DNA of 64,000 nucleotides, taken from Camelus ferus. Taxonomy: Eukaryota. The notes beneath the pieces are model-generated. The model saw nothing but the letters and a program-made list of their open reading frames with translations. It searched no databases and was not told the origin of the DNA. A program made the position numbers and the translations under genes. Location: NCBI RefSeq assembly GCF_009834535.1, contig NC_045711.1, positions 35,774,001 to 35,838,000 of the forward strand, read 5' to 3'. Below are positions 16,982-28,200 of this stretch, in pieces. Within the stretch, counting starts at the first letter, position 1. The number at the start of each line of letters is the position of its first letter.

Positions 16982-18407
16982 CCATTCAGAAGGTGATAGT
17001 TGTCCTTGTCCTCAATCCACCAGAGCCTATTGTCTCCTAATATGGTAGCCTCTTGGTGCCCGAGACTGGGGAGTTGGAGGAGAGCTGAGAGATGAGAAGC
17101 ACAGGGACTGGGGAAGCCTCCTTCCTCTGTGACTTGGGTCCTTTTGGGCGTTATTGCAAAGGCTGGTCCTCTGACTCTTGGTTGCCTCCTCCCAGGCCAG
17201 ATGTAAATTGGGTTAGGGGTGTCTGCAGCTGTGAGGACCAGATGCCGCTGCTCCCAGTGGGCTTTCTCTTTCGGAGAAATGTCTCTTGTTTGTTGTTTAT
17301 AGTATTGTGCTTCCAGGGAAAGCGGTCACTTGTGTGTGTATGTGTGTGTACACATCATGTCGTGTGTGTGTGGAAATCTTCTGGGCAAGTCAAAACCATA
17401 GAAGAGTTGCCTCCTATCTCTCAAATCTTCCAGAGATGTCACTTGTTACAGCGTTTTGGTTAACCTTCATCAATCCCCACTTTTTTATTCTACCACACAC
17501 TACTGGAGAGTCGGTATCTGTGGTCAGCTTGCCAGTGACTCTCTCAGTGTATTACTTCTGACTTCTATTCTTCCCCTGTCTCTATCTTCCAGTCCCCAAT
17601 CATATTTCCATCTGGACGCATCATTTTTACTCCCGGTGGTGTGCTGCAGAGAAGGAGTTAGGATGCTGTCTTGCCGTGAATAGTGCTCAGTAACAAGCCA
17701 AGTGCATATTAGTTGGGCAGTGCCCCTACCCACCCTCCAGACCCCTTCCAACTAAAACCCTTCCCTCCTTCCACCATGTGTTTCTCAGTTTCCCTTTTTG
17801 TTTGTTGGATTGTTCCACTGCCCCTCCTCCTCACCCTATCACCCTTGGATCATAATGTAAAATTCTTTGCCATGTCAAGAAATTATTAAAAATACAGGTA
17901 CTTTGACCTCTTTCTAAAGCTGCAGACCCTGATGCGATGCTGTGGTGGCCAGGGACGTACCCGTACTCTTGTGTGCACATTGGGACACTCACCTCCACGT
18001 AGACCTCCTGCCACCCTACTGGGTGTCTTTATACCAGTTAAGCTGTCTCTTTTCTCTGGAATGATGGGAAGACTGAGGCTTCTTCCTACCAAGAGACAAG
18101 AGTGGGTCTTTCATTTGTGTTCAGTCTGAGTTATGTGAAAGCTCTTTCCAAACCTAAGCTGCCTTCTATTCTTAAAGATCCCAGCTCCTTCCTTCCTTCC
18201 CCTGTGCTACCCATGAACTGCCAGTAGAGGCTGCTCTTGTTCCATGTGGGGAATCATCTGATTTAAGGCACACCCTGCCCCATTCTTTACCTTATACTAA
18301 TATTCCCCTCTGAGTAATGTCTTAAGTTTCTTGAGGAGATGCCAGGGACTTCTGGTTTTGGTTTTCAAATGACTTGGAGGGATGTCTAGGACCCTAGCTC
18401 CCTCTGA

Positions 18408-18413
18408 AATAAA
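18408..18413 (+). terminator. Candidate distal PSME3 polyadenylation signal AATAAA (proximal ATTAAA at 17885-17890)
   Basis: Hexamers read directly, about 1.4 and 1.9 kb after the gap and before the AOC2 promoter. Confidence 0.55.
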
Positions 18414-19303
18414 GGTTCCTTAACTTCCACCTTGCCAAGTAGCCTTCTGGTATCCGTGGTCTCTGCAAAAAAGAGATTTAGGATCTTGAACAATGGAGGA
18501 ACATCTGCTTTATTCTGTTTCAGAGCTCAGTACCAGTAGCTGACAAGTTTTGAATGCCTACCCTGTGTCAGGCTCTGTTAAGCACTTTATGTGCATGATC
18601 ACATTTAATCTTCATGCATCTCTAGGGTAGCTTTATCCCTTCTTTATAGGTGAGGACACTGAATCTCATGATAAGTAACTCTCCTCAAGTCACACAGCTT
18701 AGGGACCTGCTATTGGTGTACAAACCTGACTGCTGTGGCCAGGCCTTCACCACTTCTTTCTCACCCACTAGAAGAAGAGGCCTGAGACTGCAAATCAAAG
18801 GCTTGGCCCCAGGCAACTGGCAGACCACAGTGCTTACTGCTGAACTGGGCAGTGGATCCTGGAAATACTGGGGGGTAGCGCCTGCCAGGAGGTAGGAAAA
18901 TGGACAGTTTGAGTAGCTGCGTGAAGCACACAGGACTTGATTGGGCATCTGAGACTTGCGTTCTTTCTCAGACCTATTCTGGATGGAAGGTGGAGTTGAG
19001 TGTACATACAGATGCCCTCTAAGCTGGTATCAGTGATGGAAATCTCCAGTGGGTACTGACAGTGCTGCTGGGAGGCGTTCAGGGATAGGGGAGACTATGC
19101 ACGTGGAAGTAGTACCTGAGCCAAACCACAGAACAGAAAATTGGAGCAGAATTATATAAATCAAGGTTAGAAATTTCCTGTCCAACCCACAGGGTGGAGT
19201 TTTCTCTATTCCTATCCATCCTACTGAATATAAACCCTGATTTGATGTCAGTAACTGGAAGGAGCAACTGGTGGGACTCTCATTTCAGCTCTTAGCATTC
19301 ATC

Positions 19304-22300
19304 ATGAATCTCAAGGTAGTCCTCGTGTTCCTGGCACTGTCCCTCATTACCATCTTTGCCCTGGCCTATGTCTTGCTGACCAGCCAAGGTGGCTCCAGCC
19401 AGCCTCCCCGCTGCCCCTCTGTATCCCACAGTGCCCAGCCCTGGACACACCCTGGCCAGAGCCAGCTGTTTGCAGACCTGAGCCGAGAGGAGCTGATGGC
19501 TGTGATGAGCTTTCTGACTCAGAAGCTGGGGCCAGGCCTGGTGGACGCAGCCCAGGCCCGCCCCTTCGACAACTGTGTCTTCTCAGTGGAGCTGCAGCTG
19601 CCCCGCAAGGCTGCAGCCCTGGCCCACCTGGACAGGGGGAGCCCCCCACCTGCCCGGGAGGCACTGGCCATTGTCTTCTTTGGCGGACAACCCCAGCCCA
19701 ACGTGACTGAGCTGGTGGTGGGGCCGCTGCCACGCCCTTCTTACATGCGGGATGTGACTGTGGAGCGTCACGGGGGCCCCTTGCCCTATCATCGACGCCC
19801 TGTGCTGAGAACCGAGTCTGCCCAGATGTGGAAACATTTGAAAGAGGTGGAGCTCCCCAAGGCACCAGTCTTCCTGGCTTCTGTCTTCAACTACAGTGGC
19901 TCCACTTTGGCAGGTCTGCACGCCACCCCTCGTGGCTTACGCTCGGGGGACCGTGCTACCTGGATTGCCCTCTACCACAACATCTCAGGTGTTGGAATTT
20001 TTCTTCACCCCGTGGGGCTGGAGCTACTGCTGGACCACAGGGCCCTGGACCCTGCCCACTGGGCTGTCCAGCAGGTCTTCTATCTTGGGCACTACTATGC
20101 AGACCTGAGCCAGTTGGAATGGGAGTTTAAGGCTGGCCGGCTGGAAGTGGTTAGAGTTCCTCTACCCCTGCCAGATGGGACCTCATCCCTGCGGTCCCGG
20201 ATCTCCCCAGGTCCTCTTCCCCCTCTTCAGTTTTCACCTCAGGGCTCCCGGTACAGTGTCCAAGGGAACCTGGTGGCGTCCTCTCTCTGGACGTTTACCT
20301 TTGGCCATGGAGTGTTCAGTGGCATGAGAATATTTGATGTTCGGTTCAAGGGCGAGCGAGTGGCCTATGAAGTCAGTGTCCAGGAGTGCGTATCTATCTA
20401 TGGTGCTGATTCACCCAAGACAATGATGACCCGATACTTGGATAGCAGCTATGGACTTGGCAGTCACAGCCGGGGCTTGGTGCGGGGAGTGGACTGCCCC
20501 TACCAGTCTACCATGGTGGACATCCACATATTAGTGGGCAAAGGGGTAGTCCAGCTGCTCCCAGGGGCTGTGTGTATATTTGAGGAGGCCCAGGGACTAC
20601 CCCTCCGAAGGCACCACAATCACCTTCAGAGTCATTTCTATGGTGGTTTGGCTGGCTCGGCCCTTGTAGTCAGGTCTGTGTCCTCTGTAGGCAACTATGA
20701 CTACATTTGGGACTTTGTATTGCACCCAAATGGGGCTCTTGAAGGGCGGGTCCATGCCACAGGCTACATCAACACAGCTTTCCTGAGTGGGGGACAGGAG
20801 AGCCTTCTTTTTGGGAACCGCGTGGGGGAGCGAGTGCTGGGGGCGGTGCACACACATGCCTTCCATTTCAAGCTGGACCTGGATGTGGCAGGTGAGTGCC
20901 CAGGGGGTGAGGGTTGAGAGTTGGGGTGGGCCAGAGGGAAGGGAGACCCCCATATCGAGCCAGAATAGGAAAGCATGGCATTCCCACACAATTTAGCAAC
21001 AGCAGGGACTGATTTGCATGTATTCAGCTGCAGTCAGCCTGAGGTACTGGGCTCACTGGACATGTGGCAAAAGGTAGAGAGGGCTCCCCCCCTCCCCCCC
21101 GCCCAGGCCCCTCTGACCTGCTGCAACTGTGAAACTAAATGTAATGGCTGCGCTGGCTGCCTTGGCCTGTCTGTAGGTGGTGACCTGGCCCTGTCTGGCA
21201 CCAGTTGCAGCTGGAGCTGGGACTCCTGATTCTGAGAGTCAGTGGAGGTGGGGAGAGCAGGGGCCCGAGCGGACATGGGAAGCAGTCTGTCTAAAGAGGT
21301 TTTCAGAGTGGAAGAAATTCTGGGGCCTGAGAAAGGGAGGTGCTGGCTGGGGACTGCTCCACAGGATTTCAGACAAGCGGGGCTATGGGACAGGCCTCAT
21401 CCTCCTGGGGACCGGGTGGGGAGGGGCATCCTGTTCCTGCCAGCACATGTCATCACAGTGGGCTGTCCTGTGACATGGCAGGCACGCAATAGTCTTGCTG
21501 CAAGGGTGGAAAGGGATTTCTCAAGTAGGGTTCAAAGCACAAAGGAGACTTTCTCTTCCTGCCAGATTTTTGTGCAGGACAGAAAATTACCAAATTGGAC
21601 TATTATACCCAGAAAGAAAATTAGGAATCTACCAGGCCCTCTCCAGTTTACAGTTGTGGAAACAGGAGGGTGCATGGAGGTGGGTCAGGAAGTGACGGCC
21701 CAAGTATAATGCAATGTAACTCAGCATATTTCTTGTGAAACATTTTCATATCCTCTTTGAGTATAAAGATGGTGTGTATGTGGGGGGGGGGTGGAGGGGA
21801 GGGAGAGCTAAGAAAATAGCATGATTGAAATGCTATTTTCAATCATGCATAGTAACGATTATTCTTTGACATATTTGGAATATGACTATTTTCTGATTTG
21901 AAGATCCCCCCCCCCCCCAGCATTTTGGCATTAAACAGCCTTGTCTTGGGATGTAAAATCAAGTAACATTGGATCCCTAGAGTATGCAACAGAGGCTGGT
22001 GCTGTGGGCCAGAGATGCTGTGTCAGGCCCCTGGGCACAGGACGACGGGCAGAGGCACTGGCTTCAGTAGAGTGCCTCCCTGTGCCAGAGCCTTCTTAAG
22101 AGTTATGTTTAAAGGAACCAGTGGTCCAGACCTGCAGAGTCTAAGTGTTCCAAGGATCTCCCTGACAATTTAAAGATAAAAATCTACTTACTTATAAAAA
22201 AGTCTGAAAGTGGTCCCTGCCATATTGAAAAAAAAAATAGCAAAGTCTCAGAACGAGGAGGATTATGCAGGGCACCATGGGAGGAGATTGGGTTTTTCCA

Positions 22301-24191
22301 GCCAGCTTCTCCAAGACAAATAGCCCGTTCCTGGTTAGAAGCATGTTACTAGCCACCTGTATGTGCTTTTCTATTTATAGAGCTCAGCCACAGAACAACC
22401 TTTATTATGCCCAGTATAGAGATTCATAGAGTGAGAATCAGAGAAGCCAAGAATTGGTCCAAAGTCTACTGGGTAGACCAGTGCTAATAGAACTTTATGC
22501 AACGATGGAAATGTTCTCTGCCTGCAGTGTCCAATATGTGAGCCACTAGCCACAGGCAGCTATTGAGCACTTGAAATGTAGCTAGTGTGACTGAGGAACT
22601 GAATTAAAATTTTTTTTGGTGGGGGAGATAGTTAGGTTTATTTATTAAATAAACTGGGGAGGTACTGGGGATTAAACCCTGGACCTCGTGCATGCTTACC
22701 ACTGAGCTATATCCTCCCCCCAACCCCGGATTTTTAATTGAAATTGAAATAGCCACTTGTGACCGGTGGTAACAGTATTGGACCAGGGCACATTTGAAGA
22801 AGACAGGCTATCCCTCAAATCCAGACCTGACTCCCAGCACGAGTGCTCTCTGATGAGCTTTGTTAGGCCAGTGTAGTGGGCGTCATGGAGAAGACGAGGG
22901 ACCTGTCTCACCTGGTGTGGAACTCCTCTCCCTCCCCTCACCCTGGCAGGGCTGAAAAACTGGGTCGTAGCTGAAGACGTGGTGTTTAAACCTGTGGCAG
23001 CCCCTTGGAGTCCGGAGCACCAACTGCAGCGCCCACAGCTGACTCGGCAGGTCCTGGGAAGGGAGGATCTGACAGCTTTTCTTTTGGGGAGCCCCCTTCC
23101 CCGCTACCTTTACTTGGCTAGCAACCAGACTAATGCCTGGGGTCACCAGCGCGGGTATCGAATCCAGATCCACAGCCCCTTCGGCATACACATGCCTCTG
23201 GACAGCGACATGGAGAGGGCCCTCAGCTGGGGGAGGTGAGGAGGGCCCTGGGCACTGGGTGGTAGGGAAGGACCAGTCCCCTTCCCATCCTGGCTCTTGG
23301 AGACCCCAACTCACTACCCTTGCTCCAAACCTCATCTCAGATCCAAGTAGATATGGGGTGGGAAATGGTCTCAGACAGAAATCTGATCCAAAGGACTTCC
23401 GGGCTGATAAAGGCCCTTGGCATTTTCTGATACCACCTTCCTACAAACATTCCTGGTCAGATACCAGCTCGCGGTGACTCGGAGGAAGGAGAAGGAGTCA
23501 CAGAGCAGCAGCATCTATTACCAGAATGACATCTGGACACCCACTATGGCCTTTGCTGACTTCATCAACAATGAGACCCTCTTAGGAGAGGTTGGTAGCC
23601 CTAGGGACACAGAAGAGGGGCTCCCCTGAGCCTGGTGTCTTGGCTGCCCGGCCCCTGGCTATAGGATGGAGGGAATGGTGGGTTTCCCACCATTTGATTA
23701 GGAGCCAGGGAGCTCCCTAATGACCAGAAGGGTCATCCCTTCCCGGGGTGAGATTAGCCCTGGGACTTAGACCACCCTACGGCTTCTCAGGGATTATCAA
23801 ACCTTGGGCCTGAGGCTGGGCGGGGGTGGAAGCAGGCGGGACTGGAGGTTGGGGATTGTGGCTGAGGGGAGATTCTCTGCAAGGGTCTCACCTCCAAAGT
23901 CTCTGGCTCCTCCTCTTCCTTCAGGACCTGGTGGCTTGGGTTACAGCCAGCTTCCTGCACATCCCCCACGCTGAGGATGTCCCCAATACAGTGACTCTGG
24001 GGAACAGAGTTGGCTTCTTGCTCCGACCCTATAACTTCTTTGATGAGGACCCCTCCATCTTCTCCCCTGACAGCGTCTACTTTGAGAAGGACCAGAATGC
24101 TGGGCTCTGCAGTGTCAATCATGTGGCCTGCATCCCCCACCTGGCGTCCTGTGTCCCGGATCTGCCCCCTTTCTCTTACCAAGACTTTTAG
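19304..24191 (+). CDS. AOC2: Retina-type copper amine oxidase, 756 aa (exons 19304-20891, 22950-23235, 23461-23590, 23925-24191)
   Basis: Exons of 1588+286+130+267 = 2271 nt with open frame and GT/AG sites. N-terminal anchor [28 protein letters not shown]2-type SVGNYDY TPQ motif, catalytic Asp (RYLD), copper ligands HTH and HIPH. Confidence 0.97.
22478..22790. mobile_element. MER3 (hAT-Charlie) relic in AOC2 intron 1, split by a SINE
   Basis: aatagaacttt...tgtccaatatg..agccactagccac..tattgagcacttgaaatgt..aaatagccac..tattggac matches the recalled MER3 consensus. Confidence 0.8.
22611..22721 (-). mobile_element. tRNA-Ala-derived SINE with a short internal deletion, nested in MER3
   Basis: Same head and tail as other copies; lacks about 12 nt of the anticodon region. 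Confidence 0.8.
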
Positions 24192-24538
24192 CCCTGAGTG
24201 TGTGGTGGGACACGGAGTGGGGTGCCAAGACATGTACCATACTCTCTGTTCCCACTTCCTGCTCCCCTGACACTCCACCCTTGGGAAACAGCCTCCTATC
24301 ACATAAACCACCATATAGCCTTTTGGTTAATTCTTATTTCCAGTTCATTTTTTAAAATGATGAATTTATAGAAATGATGTTATTAAAATATTCAAGCAAA
24401 AACACCCCAAATCCTACCACTCAGAAATGGCTAGCATTCACATTTGGTGAATGTTATTCCAGACATTTCTTCATGCATGTGCATTGAAACGGAAGAATAG
24501 ATAGAATTTTGTAAAAATCGGAGGTGTGTGTAATTTAT

Positions 24539-24544
24539 AATAAA
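24539..24544 (+). terminator. Candidate AOC2 polyadenylation signal AATAAA
   Basis: First AATAAA after the AOC2 stop codon (about 350 nt downstream). Confidence 0.6.
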
Positions 24545-24707
24545 AAGTATTACAAGATTTTTACTTGAATTTCTTCTATTTTTGAAGTTTCTAGAATCTC
24601 CCAGAGAATACTAAAGACTCTGGCCAAGGAAATTAGCCATGGAGGAGTAGGGGAGGGGAACGGACCTGGCCAAGAAATGCTGCCGGGGACAATGAAGGGC
24701 TGGGAGT

Positions 24708-24717
24708 GGGGTTTTCC
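24708..24717 (+). promoter_or_regulatory. NF-kB consensus site GGGGTTTTCC about 500 bp upstream of the AOC3 ATG
   Basis: Perfect match to GGGRNWYYCC; function not shown. Confidence 0.4.
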
Positions 24718-25211
24718 TGGAAGGAAGACAAGAGTTCCAAGGTATCAGAAAAGAAACATCTGGCCCTGGGGAAGTGGGGACTGGAGGAAGAAATGGGGCT
24801 GAGGGGGATGAGGGGCTGCCTCCTTGCGGGTGGTGCATTTCTGTGCTCAGGCTGGTCAGTTGCATTATTTTGAAATCCCCTCCACCCCTTCCCCCTACCT
24901 CAGCTCTCCTCTGTTCCAACCCTGACCCAGAGAGCAGAGTCTGAATTGGAGCCTGGGAGACAAAGCCATGTAAGGTCTATGGAAATTGCTGCTACCCTGC
25001 TTCAGGCCCGCCCTCCAACCCCAGCCTGCCCCGCCCCCTCCCCAGCCTTCCCTGCTCTTCCCACCCTCAGTCTCCTTTGCGTCGGAATACTGAGAACCTC
25101 AGCCAGAGTCCAGAGCTCCCAATACAGGGGTTAAAAGAGACCTTCTTCAGCTCGCCTGAGAATACATATCTCGATTTTTGTTCAACCCTCCATCTCTATG
25201 TTCTTGGGACA

Positions 25212-28200
25212 ATGAACCAGAAGACCACCCTGGTGCTCCTCGCTCTGGCTATCATCACTATCTTTGCCTTGGTGTGTGTCTTGCTAGCTGGCAGAGGAGG
25301 AGATGGGGGTGAATCCAGCCTGCCTGCCTTCTGCCCCTCCGTATCTCCCAGTGCCCAGCCCTGGACACACCGTGGCCATAGCCAGCTGTTTGCAGACCTG
25401 AGCCGAGAAGAGCTGGCAGCTGTGATGAGATTTCTGACCCAGAAGCTGGGGCCAGGACTGGTGGACGCAGCCCAGGCCCAACCCTCAGACAACTGTGTCT
25501 TCTCAATAGAGCTGCAGCTGCCCCCCAAGGCTGCAGCCTTGGCCCACCTGGACAAGGGGAGACCCCCGCCTGCCCGGGAGGCACTGGCCATCGTCTTCTT
25601 TGGTAGACAGCTCCATCCCAACGTGACTGAGCTGGTGGTGGGACCACTGCCCCACCCCTCTTACATGCGGGATGTGACTGTGCAGCGTAATGGGGGACCC
25701 CTGCCCTATCACCGACGCCCTGTGCCCATCCGAGAGTACTTGGACATAGACCACATGATCTTCAACAGAGAGCTGCCCCAGGCTGCTGGGCTCCTCCATC
25801 ACTGCTGCTCCTACAAACGCCAAGGACAGAACCTGGTGACAATGACCACAGCCCCTCGTGGTTTACAGTCAGGGGACCGGGCCACCTGGTTTGGCCTCTA
25901 CTACAATATCTCAGGAGCTGGGTATTACCTCAATCCTGTGGGGTTGGAACTACTGGTAGACCACAAGGCTCTGGACCCCACCGGCTGGACCATCCAGAAA
26001 GTGTTCTTTCAAGGCCGCTACTATGAGAGTCTGGCCCAGCTGGAGGAAGAGTTTGAGGCTGGCCGGGTGAATGTGGTGGTGGTCCCAGACAATGGCACAG
26101 GTGCATCCTGGTCCCTGAAATCCCCGGTGCCCCGGGGTCTGTCTCCCCCTCTGCAGTTCCATCCCCAGGGTCCTCGCTTCATTGTCCAGGGGAGTCGAGT
26201 GGCCTCCTCATTGTGGACTTTCTCTTTTGGCCTTGGAGCTTTCACTGGCCCAAGGATCTTTGACATCCGCTTCCAGGGAGAACGTTTAGCTTACGAGATC
26301 AGCCTCCAGGAGGCCTTGGCCGTCTACGGTGGAAATACCCCAGCAGCAATGATGACCCGCTATATGGACGGCAGCTTTGGCATGGGCAAGTACTCCACAC
26401 CTCTGACCCGTGGGGTGGACTGCCCCTATCTGGCCACCTACGTGGACTGGCACTTCCTTCTGGAGTCCCAAGCCCCCAAGACACTACACGATGCCTTCTG
26501 TGTGTTTGAGCAGAACCAGGGCCTCCCACTGAGGCGACACCACTCATATTTTCACTCCCACTATTTTGGGGGCCTTCAGGAGACTGTGCTGATCATCAGA
26601 TCTGTGTCCACCTTGCTCAATTATGACTACGTGTGGGATATGGTCTTCCATCCCAGTGGGGCCATAGAAGTCAAATTCCATGCCACGGGCTACATCAGCT
26701 CAGCGTTCCTCTTTGGTGCTGCCCGAAGATTCGGAAACCAGGTTGGGGAGCACACGCTGGGCACCATCCACACCCACAGTGCCAACTTCAAGGTGGATCT
26801 GGATGTGGGAGGTAAGACATCCTGGCGGAGGCAAGGATTCAGAAGAGGAGCCTAAAGAGTTGTCTGCATTTGCTTTGAGTTTTATGGAGGTTTTCCAGGA
26901 AAGGAAGATCTGAGCCTGAGTGGTTTTGGAATTTCATGCTTCCTCTTTTGCTGGATGGGAGAGAGCTGGCTGCTGAATGTCACTGAGAGGTTAACTCACT
27001 GGCTGGGTGCAGCCCTGCCACCCTCTCTCCACTTGATTTCATCCGAAAATCTTGGGCAATAGCTCAGCTCAGGCAGGATCTGGGCTAAGGGTCCCTATTG
27101 CCCTCTTCCTTCCCTGGCACTTATATGGGCTTCATTTTAGCGAGGCAGACATTTGTTTTTTGGCTCATCTGTGTCTGGCCTGCAGTGCTGGTGTTTTGGA
27201 AGATCTGTTTGCTTTCTGCCGAGTCCCTGGCACATGTAGGCTAATCAGGGAATATCCCAGATTGTACGTTTCCTTGGAAGGTGTTCCCTCCTCTTCCCTG
27301 AGTTTCCCTCTGGGCACAATACATTTAAGTGTGAGGGGTAGAGTGACTGCTGTGGAACATTCCGGGTAGTTCCTGGAGTTGGTGGTCACATAGAGAGCCA
27401 AGGCTACATGATGTCTTAGAGGCCTTGTCATTTTTCACTGTCCTTCCCCACATTGAGTTAATCACCAGATTTTTTTCTGTTCTGCCTCTGAAACATCCCA
27501 AACTGCTCGCTAGACCCCACTGCCATCCCTCTGTTGAGCCAGTCCTCTCTTTGCCATTTTGACTATTCTTCCTCTCAGATTCAGGGCTCAATCTGCACCC
27601 AGAGGGACCTACCAGCCCATGCCAGCATGCTCCCTCACACACCTCCCACGTTCCCCATCACCTATGGGACCCTGTCCACAGAGGGACCTACGAAGCCCTT
27701 CCCCTCAGAGTGCAGCTCCTGCCTGCCTTTCATATTCTCCCCCAGGGCTGCATTAGCTGCACACACACCCTGCCTGGCCCTGGACACACACAGCGCCCAG
27801 GCCAGTCGGGCTGTTTTTCTTTTGCTCATGTTTTGGCCCTGCCTAGAATGCCCTGCCGTGTCATCTCTGCTGATGACATCCCCTGAGGACAGGCTGAAGC
27901 GTTGCCCAGGAAGGCCCCCACTCCTGCCTGCACCTGTGTTCCTCTAACCTTGAATCGTGAGCGTGCTCTTCTGGCACTGCAGGCCCCTCAGGGCTTTGCT
28001 CCTCTGTGGCTTCAGTGGGAGCAGGAGGGTAAGAATAAAGTTTCATTCACCTGTATGTCCCCCGCGCCGAGCACAGGCCTCTCCACTAATGGGTGTGAAC
28101 GGATGAATGAATGAAATCCTTGAAGACATATTTCACAGGTCAACAGCTTTGGCTGAAAGATGGGGGATAACTTGTCAAGACGGGAGAGAAGCAGGGGGCA

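Noticed and set aside
19271-19303. 11-codon upstream extension of AOC2
   Set aside because: It starts at GTG; the ATG at 19304 yields the standard 756 aa.
25077-25211. 45-codon N-terminal extension of the AOC3 ORF
   Set aside because: It starts at TTG, not ATG. The ATG at 25212 gives the canonical 763-aa protein with human-matching numbering.
25196-26547. Repeated antisense ORFs over AOC exon 1 (also 19347-20130 and 37562-39138)
   Set aside because: Shadow frames of GC-rich coding sequence; they recur only because the paralogues are near-identical.
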